Positions 8,580-15,291 of a stretch of DNA of 21,531 nt are shown here, one piece after another. The position numbers and the translations under genes were made by a program. Source of the stretch: a virus (lineage: Duplodnaviria; Heunggongvirae; Uroviricota; Caudoviricetes). The notes below the pieces were generated by a model. That model worked only from the letters and a program-made list of their open reading frames with translations, did no database searches and was not told the DNA's origin. Where the stretch lies: the IMG/VR virus record IMGVR_UViG_2698536335_000017; one strand, written 5' to 3'. Numbering within the stretch: the first letter of the stretch is position 1; each line of letters starts with the position of its first letter.

Positions 8580-8672
8580 AAAGAAGATTTCCAATAATCA
8601 GAACAAGTCGGCTCCTGTTTAGTTACGAGCGACATTGCTCACATAGCAGACTCGCAAATCTGCTATAGGTGC

Positions 8673-8834
8673 TTATTCGCATCGCATGACAACATCAAAT
8701 TTTTCGAGATTACTTTGTCGCAACAATCCTTCTTCTACGCGGTCAGCTTTTCTATAATTATCAAATTCGAAATGTTTAATTACTTCTTTCGTTTCTCGCT
8801 CTATAACTTCAACAATGTATTTCTTATTCATCAT
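8673..8834 (-). CDS. Small hypothetical protein (53 aa) in an AT-rich segment
   Basis: ATG overlapping the upstream stop; translation MMNKKYIVEVIERETKEVIKHFEFDNYRKADRVEEGLLRQSNLEKFDVVMRCE. Low GC suggests a moron. Confidence 0.35.
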   Translation of the reverse strand: MMNKKYIVEVIERETKEVIKHFEFDNYRKADRVEEGLLRQSNLEKFDVVMRCE

Positions 8835-9127
8835 TCTTCCCCAAGAGCTTTTCTGATTGCTGCAAGACCTTTATTAACAGCTCCATACCATTCTGGATAT
8901 GTTGTCTTTGTTCTATTTTTGGTTTGCTTAAGTAATAACTGAAGTGCTTCGAGAAGGTCAGGTGCTGCCGCTATTAGATTGGCATCTTCAATGCATTGAA
9001 CTTCCTCACAGATTGCAATATACGAACGCCAGCCTGCGCCATTTTCAAGTGAGTCTGCCTGGATGATTTTAATCTCATCGCCATCCATCATTATTTCCCA
9101 CTTACCTTCAGTACCTTTAAATTCCAT
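8831..9127 (-). CDS. Hypothetical acidic early protein (98 aa)
   Basis: Complete ORF in the pL operon; no family recognised. Confidence 0.5.
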   Translation of the reverse strand: MEFKGTEGKWEIMMDGDEIKIIQADSLENGAGWRSYIAICEEVQCIEDANLIAAAPDLLEALQLLLKQTKNRTKTTYPEWYGAVNKGLAAIRKALGEE

Positions 9128-9164
9128 GTTAGCCTCTGTTGTTTATGCCAAAAATAAAGGCCGA

Positions 9165-9488
9165 CTATTCGGCCTTATCTACATTCCTGAACCAAACGCA
9201 GATCGGACCGTCTTCTGTATCGTGAATCGAACCGACAAACCATCCTTCTCCATCTGGCATGCTTGGCTCCCATCCACTGATGTTTTGATTCCCATCTTCA
9301 AAATACGCGTCAATTACCGTTTGATTGTTGTCGTTTTCCATTTCAACAATTGATGATTCAATGCCATGCTGCTTGCAGAAAGATCTGAACTCATCAGCTG
9401 AAATTACCTCTCTATCCCCAAACAGGTTGGCGTATTCTGGGTGCGTCCAGTAGCCATCCTCGCTTCGCTCTACTACTAATGCTTCCAT
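9165..9488 (-). CDS. Hypothetical strongly acidic early protein (107 aa), first gene after N
   Basis: Complete ORF; roughly 25 Asp/Glu against very few Lys/Arg. Confidence 0.5.
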   Translation of the reverse strand: MEALVVERSEDGYWTHPEYANLFGDREVISADEFRSFCKQHGIESSIVEMENDNNQTVIDAYFEDGNQNISGWEPSMPDGEGWFVGSIHDTEDGPICVWFRNVDKAE

Positions 9489-9496
9489 ATCTCACC

Positions 9497-9796
9497 TCAA
9501 ATAAGTGGTTTGCTGCCTAATTTCATTTTCTGGCGACCAACACAAGTCACACCCATTTCACTGCGTGGCTTGCGGTAGTAAATACGGTTCTGTTTACGCT
9601 CTACTTCTTCTGCCTTCTTGCAGCGAAGGCTTCCGAGTGATGCTGCTTTATCTGCTCTGACGCAACCAGAGAGCTTTAGCGCAATTTTTCGCGCCAGTCG
9701 CTGCTCTTGCATTGCCTGTTCACGTTGAGCCTGTCTGCGTGCTCTGCGGCGATTTCTGGCGTTATCGTCAGCCAGATATGTAATGACTACTGTCAT
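9497..9796 (-). CDS. N: Antitermination protein N (99 aa)
   Basis: N-terminal arginine-rich motif NARNRRRARRQAQREQ; C-terminus RIYYRKPRSEMGVTCVGRQKMKLGSKPLI aligns with recalled lambda N. SD GGAGG 5 nt upstream; nutL upstream. Confidence 0.85.
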   Translation of the reverse strand: MTVVITYLADDNARNRRRARRQAQREQAMQEQRLARKIALKLSGCVRADKAASLGSLRCKKAEEVERKQNRIYYRKPRSEMGVTCVGRQKMKLGSKPLI

Positions 9797-9937
9797 GTTG
9801 ACCTCCGATGATTGACTTTGGCGATTGGATGGCCGGTGCTGAACTCCGGCTTATTTACAGGCACCTTGTTCTCCCGAAGCTCTCCTGCGCGCATCAGCCT
9901 GCGCATTCATCCAATCCCAAAGCCAACTACTCTTTGG

Positions 9938-9980
9938 TTCCCGCATTTCGGCGGGACAATCCCATCAATGTTAAAGAGCC
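9938..9980 (-). promoter_or_regulatory. nutL: nutL: boxA (GGCTCTTTAACA) plus boxB hairpin (TCCCGC-CGAAAT-GCGGGA)
   Basis: Minus-strand boxA at 9980..9969 followed 11 nt later by a boxB hairpin 19/20 identical to the one at nutR. Confidence 0.8.
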
Positions 9981-10022
9981 TGCCAATCTGTTCCGTTTGG
10001 CTTCCAGCGTCCTGCTGATGGC

Positions 10023-10112
10023 TAAAGAATACTGTAGGTATTTTATTGGGTAAATACCCAAGGTATTTATTTTTGGTGAAATAATGATAAGCAAATGAAT
10101 ACAAAGGATATT
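10023..10112. promoter_or_regulatory. OL operator cluster / pL promoter region
   Basis: Sites 10028..10042 (AATACTGTAGGTATT) and 10053..10067 (AATACCCAAGGTATT) match the AATAC-N5-GTATT consensus also present at OR; a weaker third site is at 10098..10112 (AATACAAAGGATATT). A minus-strand TATTCT -10-like hexamer overlaps the first site. Confidence 0.6.
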
Positions 10113-10198
10113 TATTTTTTCGTTGTCTGCTTGTTCAGTGCTTTTTATGCGGGATATGTGAAGTTGACCCCGATAGCTATTGCTGCCGGGATTATAGG

Positions 10199-10432
10199 TT
10201 AGTCAGCGAAGGTTAAGACGAGAATTACCTTAATGATGTCTGCTACAACAGACACGGCCATAGATAAACAAAAGACGATCCAAGCCATAGAGATGTCTTC
10301 ACTACCATCGTATAGAGTTCCGTAATCACTGGTGTAAGGCGTAAATGTCGCGCCTTGATACAATAGGTATAAGCTTGATCCATAGAGGATAAATGCAGAT
10401 ATCCCTTGTATTGCTATGATCACTAGAATCAT
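10199..10432 (-). CDS. Small two-helix membrane protein (77 aa) downstream of cI, rex-position gene
   Basis: Two hydrophobic segments (MILVIIAIQGISAFILYGSSLYLLY ... WIVFCLSMAVSVVADIIKVILVL). Same strand as cI, so likely read from pRM in lysogens. Confidence 0.5.
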   Translation of the reverse strand: MILVIIAIQGISAFILYGSSLYLLYQGATFTPYTSDYGTLYDGSEDISMAWIVFCLSMAVSVVADIIKVILVLTFAD

Positions 10433-10453
10433 GAAACGAGCTGATCTATGCGC

Positions 10454-10567
10454 CTAAGCCTGGCTTATTTTTTCTGATAGAGATTTCGCAATAAAAGCAT
10501 GCGCTAAGCCGTAAATTGTCGAGATTGCCAACATCCCCAAAAAGCTTGCTATAGCGGTTCCAACCAT
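10454..10567 (-). CDS. Small hydrophobic peptide (37 aa) immediately downstream of cI
   Basis: Hand-translated: MVGTAIASFLGMLAISTIYGLAHAFIAKSLSEKISQA. ATG 17 nt after the cI stop with AAGGTG 7 nt upstream. Confidence 0.4.
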   Translation of the reverse strand: MVGTAIASFLGMLAISTIYGLAHAFIAKSLSEKISQA

Positions 10568-10584
10568 AATCGCACCTTGCGTGA

Positions 10585-11301
10585 TCAAACCAGCCTTAGT
10601 TTTGTCTCAATTGCAACGCCTATAATCTTGCAGTTTCCATTGATTGGCACGAGAGGCCATGCAGGATTAAGTCCCTTGAGGTATTTATTTCCGCCGTCGA
10701 TTATCAGCTTCTTGAATGTTGCTTCGTTAGAGTCAGAAAGTTTTGCTATGACCAAGCTGCCGTTGATCGCCTCCCTTCCGGTATCGAAAAGAACGAATGT
10801 TCCCTCTGGAATGCTTAACCCAACCGGTGCCGTCATTGAATCACCTTCCACTTTAAGCCAGAACGCATTACCTTGAATATGCGCGTCAGACTCAAGCCAA
10901 ACATCTATGTCTTTAATGGTGTATGGTTCGCATGCTTCACACCACGAGCCAGCCTGGATACTGCTTAACACCGGATACCTCTTTCCTGCTCTGTATTCCC
11001 CTGCATACCTTACGTTGGCATCGCTCTTAAGGCTTTCTGCCTGTTCTGCAACCTTGGCAGCAATTGACTGGCTAAAATCAGCAATTGAGACTTGCAACAA
11101 TCGTGCAAAACCAGATGCAACCTCAACGTTTAGCGCGTTTCTGCCATTAAGATAATGCCCTACCGCTCCTTGGGTGATACCCAGTTCATCAGCGATTGAG
11201 TATTGGGTTATTCCCAATTCTTTCTTTTTTGACTCATACAAAGCCTTAAGCCGCTTAGCGTCTTCGAGCTGTTCTGTCGTCAGTGATTTTTTATTTTCCA
11301 T
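10585..11301 (-). CDS. cI: CI repressor (HTH N-terminal domain plus LexA-like S24 self-cleaving C-terminal domain), 238 aa
   Basis: N-terminus resembles lambda CI (LTTEQLEDAKRLKALYESKKKELGITQ) with a different recognition helix; the C-terminal domain (SWCEACEPYTIKDIDVWLESD ... FWLKVEGDSMTAPVGLSIPEG ... ATFKKLIIDGGNKYLKGLNPAWP) resembles 434 CI as recalled. Divergent from cro across the operators. Confidence 0.9.
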   Translation of the reverse strand: MENKKSLTTEQLEDAKRLKALYESKKKELGITQYSIADELGITQGAVGHYLNGRNALNVEVASGFARLLQVSIADFSQSIAAKVAEQAESLKSDANVRYAGEYRAGKRYPVLSSIQAGSWCEACEPYTIKDIDVWLESDAHIQGNAFWLKVEGDSMTAPVGLSIPEGTFVLFDTGREAINGSLVIAKLSDSNEATFKKLIIDGGNKYLKGLNPAWPLVPINGNCKIIGVAIETKLRLV

Positions 11302-11306
11302 AGCTT

Positions 11307-11379
11307 AATTCTAATAGCTAAGGTACTTAAACTAAAAATACCCTGAGTATTGATTGCTTTGAATACCTGTAGTATTCTT
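11307..11379. promoter_or_regulatory. OR operator cluster with divergent pRM and pR promoters
   Basis: Three sites about 24 bp apart: 11313..11327 (AATAGCTAAGGTACT, weak), 11337..11351 (AATACCCTGAGTATT), 11361..11377 (GAATACCTGTAGTATTC). pR candidate: -35 TTGATT (11351..11356), 17-bp spacer, -10 TATTCT (11374..11379). pRM candidate -10 TAGAAT on the minus strand (11307..11312) with leaderless cI. Confidence 0.65.
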
Positions 11380-11407
11380 TGTTCATGGTTAATAACGGAG
11401 AGTGCAT

Positions 11408-11602
11408 ATGATTCGAATGACACTTGCCGATTACGCCAAAATCCATGGACAGGCTAAAGCAGCCAGTGACTTTGGTGTAATCCAGTGCGCTATCAGCAAG
11501 GCCATTCTGGCAGGCCGTAACATCATGGTTACGGTAAAGCCTGATGGCAGTGTGATTGGAGAGGAAGTTCGTCCTTTCCCAAGCAACAAGAAAAACAAAT
11601 AG
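11408..11602 (+). CDS. cro: Cro repressor (about 64 aa)
   Basis: Translation [64 protein letters not shown] aligns with recalled lambda Cro. SD GGAG 7 nt upstream; the start could instead be the GTG at 11402. Confidence 0.85.
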   Translation: MIRMTLADYAKIHGQAKAASDFGVIQCAISKAILAGRNIMVTVKPDGSVIGEEVRPFPSNKKNK

Positions 11603-11608
11603 TAACAC

Positions 11609-11653
11609 CGCTCTTTAACAGTCATGGTCCTCATTCCCGCCGAAATGCGGGAA
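11609..11653 (+). promoter_or_regulatory. nutR: nutR: boxA (CGCTCTTTAACA) plus boxB hairpin (TTCCCGC-CGAAAT-GCGGGAA)
   Basis: Consensus boxA at 11609..11620 followed 13 nt later by a 7-bp stem hairpin at 11634..11653, nearly identical to the nutL boxB. Confidence 0.8.
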
Positions 11654-11659
11654 TACAAC

Positions 11660-11694
11660 GCGCATAAGTTGATGCGCATAACTTCTTATTTGTT
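11660..11694 (+). terminator. Candidate tR1 terminator
   Basis: GCGCAT-AAGTTG-ATGCGC hairpin followed by a T-rich stretch, between nutR and cII as for lambda tR1. Confidence 0.4.
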
Positions 11695-11710
11695 AAGGAA
11701 ATACTTACAT

Positions 11711-11989
11711 ATGGAACTTACAAGTACTCGCAAGAAAGCGAATGCAATTACAAGCAACATCCTGAATCGAACTGCTGTACGTGGTCAGCGAAAGGTTGCC
11801 GACGCGTTAGGGATTAATGAATCGCAAATTTCGCGATGGAAAGACAGCTTCATCCCAAAAATGGGAATGCTTCTGGCTGTTCTTGAATGGGGTGTTGAAG
11901 ACGAGGAGTTGGCGGAACTGGCTAAGAAAGTAGCCAGAATGCTGACAAAAGAAAAAGCCCCGAAGAACGGCGAATTCTTCGAGGCCTGA
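11711..11989 (+). CDS. cII: CII transcriptional activator (92 aa from ATG at 11711)
   Basis: Translation ... GINESQISRWKDSFIPKMGMLLAVLEWGVEDEELAELAKKVARMLT aligns with recalled lambda CII. The six-frame ORF start at 11624 would overlap nutR. Confidence 0.85.
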   Translation: MELTSTRKKANAITSNILNRTAVRGQRKVADALGINESQISRWKDSFIPKMGMLLAVLEWGVEDEELAELAKKVARMLTKEKAPKNGEFFEA

Positions 11990-12023
11990 TGTAGAAAGAC
12001 TGGATCAATCCACAGGAGTAATT

Positions 12024-12668
12024 ATGACATACGAAAATGACAAATTCCAGGTTCTGAAGAGCATGAAGGTGCCAGATGATTTTAAATCAAATGGCTTTGT
12101 TTATGTGCTTTCGAATGAGTGCATGCCAGGAATTTATAAGATTGGGATGACTAAGCATTCACCAGAAGTCAGGGCTAAAGAAATTTCAGCCTCTACTGGC
12201 GTTCCTAAGCCATTTAAGGTGATAGCAGCCTTTCATTCAAATAATCCCGCATCAGATGAAAAACTCATTCATAAAGCCTTTGCAAAAGAGAGGCTTAGTG
12301 ATAATCGAGAGTTTTTCAAGCTTGAAGATAATGATCTTTCTGAATCTCTAAATGAAATAAGGGCGCTGGTTGGCCCTGAAAGAAATGGCGAGACGGCAGA
12401 ATACGCAATTTACGACTCATTCATTTCTTTTCGCCATGAAAATGAGCTTGATCTTAATGAGGAGCTTATAGAGCAAGGTCTGGGTAGTGTAGTTGGTCAT
12501 CTTCCTGCGGTGAAAAATTTCCTTATTCGCGCCGGAATTGATTACGCGAAGCAACTGATAAGCAAATATAACTCATCGATAGTTATTAATACAGATGGCA
12601 GTGTGGTGATGGTTAAGTTTCTTGAAGCCCAATGCTTTGATGCGGAGGTTGGAAATGAGCCTGGCTGA
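12024..12668 (+). CDS. T5orf172 / MUG113-type GIY-YIG-like domain protein (214 aa) inserted between cII and O
   Basis: N-terminal GFVYVLSNECMPGIYKIGMT ... EVRAKEIS ... PFKVIAAFHS ... EKLIHKAFAKERLSDNREFFK fits the T5orf172 pattern. Strong SD AGGAG 5 nt upstream; C-terminal about 90 aa unassigned. Confidence 0.55.
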   Translation: MTYENDKFQVLKSMKVPDDFKSNGFVYVLSNECMPGIYKIGMTKHSPEVRAKEISASTGVPKPFKVIAAFHSNNPASDEKLIHKAFAKERLSDNREFFKLEDNDLSESLNEIRALVGPERNGETAEYAIYDSFISFRHENELDLNEELIEQGLGSVVGHLPAVKNFLIRAGIDYAKQLISKYNSSIVINTDGSVVMVKFLEAQCFDAEVGNEPG

Positions 12669-13497
12669 AGTATTTTACCTGCCGAAGAGTGAACCTGTTG
12701 AACAGGAGCGAAGAGTGGCTGATATCGATGATGGTTACACCAGATTCGCTAACGAGCTGCTGGAAGCTATCGCAAGTGCCGATTTAACCGCTCGCCAGTT
12801 GAAAGTTATGCTGGCCTACGTCCGGAAAACATATGGATTCAATAAGAAAACAGATCGAATAGCCGATGAGCAAATTGCTCAGTTAACAGGACTGTCAAGG
12901 CAGAATGTTAACAAGGCTAAAAAAGAACTGATTTCAATGAATTGCCTGTTTATGGATGGAAATCAAATCGGTGTAAACAGTGAGGTATCTGCGTGGCAAT
13001 TCAGCAAGTGTCTCCAAGTTAGCAACTTTGTCTCGAAGTTAGAGACAAAAAATGTCTCCAAATTAGAGACACTCAATGTCTCGAAGTTAGAGACACACAA
13101 AAGACATTCTTTAAAGACAAAAGAAAATATTAATAAACCCCCTATATCCCCCAAAAAGGTTTCTCAGAAGTTCGACCCGCTAGAAACAGAGTTGCCTGAT
13201 TGGTTATCAGCAGAAACATGGTTGTCGTGGGTTACCTATCGCAAGGAGATAGGTAAGTCGATCAAGTCTAAGCAAAGTGTAACTCAGGCTATCAACGTTC
13301 TAAGCAGAAGTCTGGAGAAGGGATATACACCTGAAGAAATTATAAACCAGAGCATCGCCAGTGGTTGGCAGGGGATTTTTGAGCCCAAGACTCCAAAGGG
13401 GAAATCTCAACCGAGGCCGCAGCATCGAGCTATGCAGGAAAACTTTGCCACCAAAGATTACGGACAAACTGAAATGCCTTCATGGGCGCAGGAGTGA
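12655..13497 (+). CDS. O: Replication initiator O-like protein (from ATG at 12655)
   Basis: N-terminal domain ERRVADIDDGYTRFANELLEAIASADLTARQLKVMLAYVRKTYGFNKKTDRIADEQIAQLTGL aligns with recalled lambda O; iterons lie inside the gene. SD GGAGG upstream of 12655; the six-frame start at 12622 is less likely. Confidence 0.85.
   Translation: MSLAEVFYLPKSEPVEQERRVADIDDGYTRFANELLEAIASADLTARQLKVMLAYVRKTYGFNKKTDRIADEQIAQLTGLSRQNVNKAKKELISMNCLFMDGNQIGVNSEVSAWQFSKCLQVSNFVSKLETKNVSKLETLNVSKLETHKRHSLKTKENINKPPISPKKVSQKFDPLETELPDWLSAETWLSWVTYRKEIGKSIKSKQSVTQAINVLSRSLEKGYTPEEIINQSIASGWQGIFEPKTPKGKSQPRPQHRAMQENFATKDYGQTEMPSWAQE
13009..13095. repeat. ori iterons: three 19-bp palindromic repeats (TGTCTC-N7-GAGACA) at 24-bp spacing plus one degenerate copy, followed by an AT-rich segment
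   Basis: Repeats at 13029..13047, 13053..13071, 13077..13095 (first and third identical); degenerate copy at 13009..13026. They encode the repeated VSKLET peptide in O; AT-rich DNA at about 13096..13160. Confidence 0.8.
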
Positions 13498-13499
13498 AC

Positions 13500-14345
13500 A
13501 TGACGCTGGATGAAAAGATCTCCCAACTTGAGAAAAAACTTGCAGAATTGAGTTCTCCGCCAATTGCTATCGAGCATACAGCTGTAGAAATTGGCACTGG
13601 CATCTGTGAAAAACATGGTGAGTTTGAGCAGCGTAACCGTTACTCGACTGGGCCAATTAAGTTTGCCTCAAGACCTAGCGAATGCCCGGAATGCATGAGA
13701 GATGAGCTTATTCGGCTACAGGCAGAGAAGATTAAAATCGACGAGGAATCACGTAAGCGCAATGTCGAGTTTCTGTTGAATAATCTTGATATTCCTGAAC
13801 GATTCAAGGGTTGCACACTACAGAACTACGAACCAGTCAACGACGATGCAAAGAGAGTGCTCAGGGTGTGTCAGGCATACGCCAGCAAATGGCCTGAGAG
13901 GTTACAGAAAGGCGGTGGGCTGGTTATGTGTGGAAAGCCTGGTACTGGAAAGAATCATCTTGCACTGGCTATCGCCCGGCACGCAATTACGGAACATCAA
14001 AGCTCAGCTATTTTCACAACGGCGCTGAAAATTGCCAGAGAATATAAATCAACATGGTCGAAAAACTCCACCCGCACAGAGGATGAAGTGATCCGACAGT
14101 TCACTAAACCTGACTTGCTAATTATCGATGAGGTTGGTGTGCAGTTTGGAAGCGAGGCGGAAAAGATGATCATGTTCGAAATCATCAACACCCGCTACGA
14201 GCGCATGAAGCCAACAATCCTGATTAGCAACCAGAGCAAAGATGAACTGTCTGCATTCATTGGTGAGCGTGTTATTGACAGGATGAATGATGGCGGCGGG
14301 TGCACTCTTGCGTTTACATGGGATAGTTACAGGAGCAGATCGTGA
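13500..14345 (+). CDS. DnaC-like helicase loader (AAA+ ATPase)
   Basis: Walker A GKPGTGKNHLALAIA (as in E. coli DnaC) and Walker B LLIIDEVG. SD GGAG 5 nt upstream of ATG 13500; alternative start 13482. Confidence 0.85.
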   Translation: MTLDEKISQLEKKLAELSSPPIAIEHTAVEIGTGICEKHGEFEQRNRYSTGPIKFASRPSECPECMRDELIRLQAEKIKIDEESRKRNVEFLLNNLDIPERFKGCTLQNYEPVNDDAKRVLRVCQAYASKWPERLQKGGGLVMCGKPGTGKNHLALAIARHAITEHQSSAIFTTALKIAREYKSTWSKNSTRTEDEVIRQFTKPDLLIIDEVGVQFGSEAEKMIMFEIINTRYERMKPTILISNQSKDELSAFIGERVIDRMNDGGGCTLAFTWDSYRSRS

Positions 14346-14632
14346 CTGGAAAAGAAATCATCCTGGAATATCTGAAAACTCATGAACAATTCTCCCCACA
14401 TGAATTAGCACTGATCACCGGAATACCAAATAACAGAATCGCTCAAGCAGCAAGGCATATGGTGAAACAAGGACATTTGAGTGTTGTTGAGCGTAAGTGG
14501 AAGACGGTTATTTATGCAAAACGCAAAGTGAAGAAGGAGCCAATTAAAAGAAATCCAGATGGTACGGGGTGGGGATGTGCAAATCCAATGACGGCGTTTA
14601 TTAATAGGGCGCTTATGGAGGTAAGGCAATGA
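14342..14632 (+). CDS. Small putative DNA-binding phage protein (96 aa), GTG start
   Basis: SD AGGAG 6 nt upstream of GTG overlapping the upstream stop; helix-turn-helix-like segment LALITGIPNNRIAQAARHM. Confidence 0.5.
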   Translation: MTGKEIILEYLKTHEQFSPHELALITGIPNNRIAQAARHMVKQGHLSVVERKWKTVIYAKRKVKKEPIKRNPDGTGWGCANPMTAFINRALMEVRQ

Positions 14633-14656
14633 CCATCTACATCACTGAGCTAATAA

Positions 14657-14688
14657 CAGGCCTGCTGGTAATCGCAGGCCTTTTTATT
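14657..14688 (+). terminator. Intrinsic terminator in the pR operon (tR2-like)
   Basis: Perfect 8-bp stem AGGCCTGC / GCAGGCCT with 8-nt loop, followed by TTTTATTT. Confidence 0.65.
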
Positions 14689-14704
14689 TGGGGGAGGGTA
14701 AATC

Positions 14705-14911
14705 GTGGCTGAGTTAATTTTCTCTGCATTGAGGATTCTCGGTGCTATGTGGATGGTGGCGACGTTCATTGTTGTTGCCAGCAGTTTTGTCCGGTTGGTA
14801 GGCGAAGGTAAAGACCTGGTGGGTGTGCTTTTCGGTAGCATTTTCCTGTGGGTGATTATCGGTGTTATGCCTGTCGCTGTAGCAAAAATGGCGTGGAGTT
14901 TTGTGAGTTGA
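14705..14911 (+). CDS. Small membrane protein (68 aa), GTG start
   Basis: SD GGGGGAGGG upstream; two hydrophobic helices (ILGAMWMVATFIVVASSFV ... LFGSIFLWVIIGVMPVAVA). Confidence 0.5.
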   Translation: MAELIFSALRILGAMWMVATFIVVASSFVRLVGEGKDLVGVLFGSIFLWVIIGVMPVAVAKMAWSFVS

Positions 14912-14928
14912 ACTGAGGGTAAGTATCG

Positions 14929-15291
14929 ATGGACGAATCAAGAAAGCAGTTTGAAGAAAGTTGGTTGCGACGTGGAGGCGAATCCTCAGACCTTATCCGT
15001 TACCCTGAAAATCACCATGAAATTGGCAGTGGTGATATTGGTGGTCAATACGTGATGGACGATGTTCAAGGCCACTGGCAAACGTGGCAGGCATCGCGAG
15101 CAGCTATTGAACTGGATATTGACTGGCCCGAATCGAATGACGACTTTTGGAAAGATGGTGAAGAAGGTGCTTATGCGATGGGTTATGAGGATGGGAGAGA
15201 CAAAACGGTAATTGCAGTAATGAAAGCTATCAGAGCCGCTGGAATTAAAGAGAAGAATTTCGATGAAGCAAACAATCTTCCTCCGAACTAA
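14929..15291 (+). CDS. Hypothetical nin-region protein (120 aa)
   Basis: Complete ORF; overlaps the ninB start by 29 nt. Confidence 0.45.
   Translation: MDESRKQFEESWLRRGGESSDLIRYPENHHEIGSGDIGGQYVMDDVQGHWQTWQASRAAIELDIDWPESNDDFWKDGEEGAYAMGYEDGRDKTVIAVMKAIRAAGIKEKNFDEANNLPPN

Noticed and set aside
8355-8594. Long form (79 aa) of the cIII-like ORF
   Set aside because: The N-terminal extension runs through the hairpin-T6 terminator at 8556..8579 and has no SD. The 44-aa form with SD AAGGAG is preferred.
11624-11710. Upstream extension of cII to the ATG at 11624
   Set aside because: It would cover the nutR boxB hairpin and the tR1 candidate. The ATG at 11711 has an SD and gives a protein that aligns with lambda CII from its N-terminus.
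12622-12654. Upstream extension of O to 12622
   Set aside because: Lambda O homology starts near the Met at 12655, which has a GGAGG SD. The extension would add an unrelated 11 aa and increase overlap with the T5orf172 gene.
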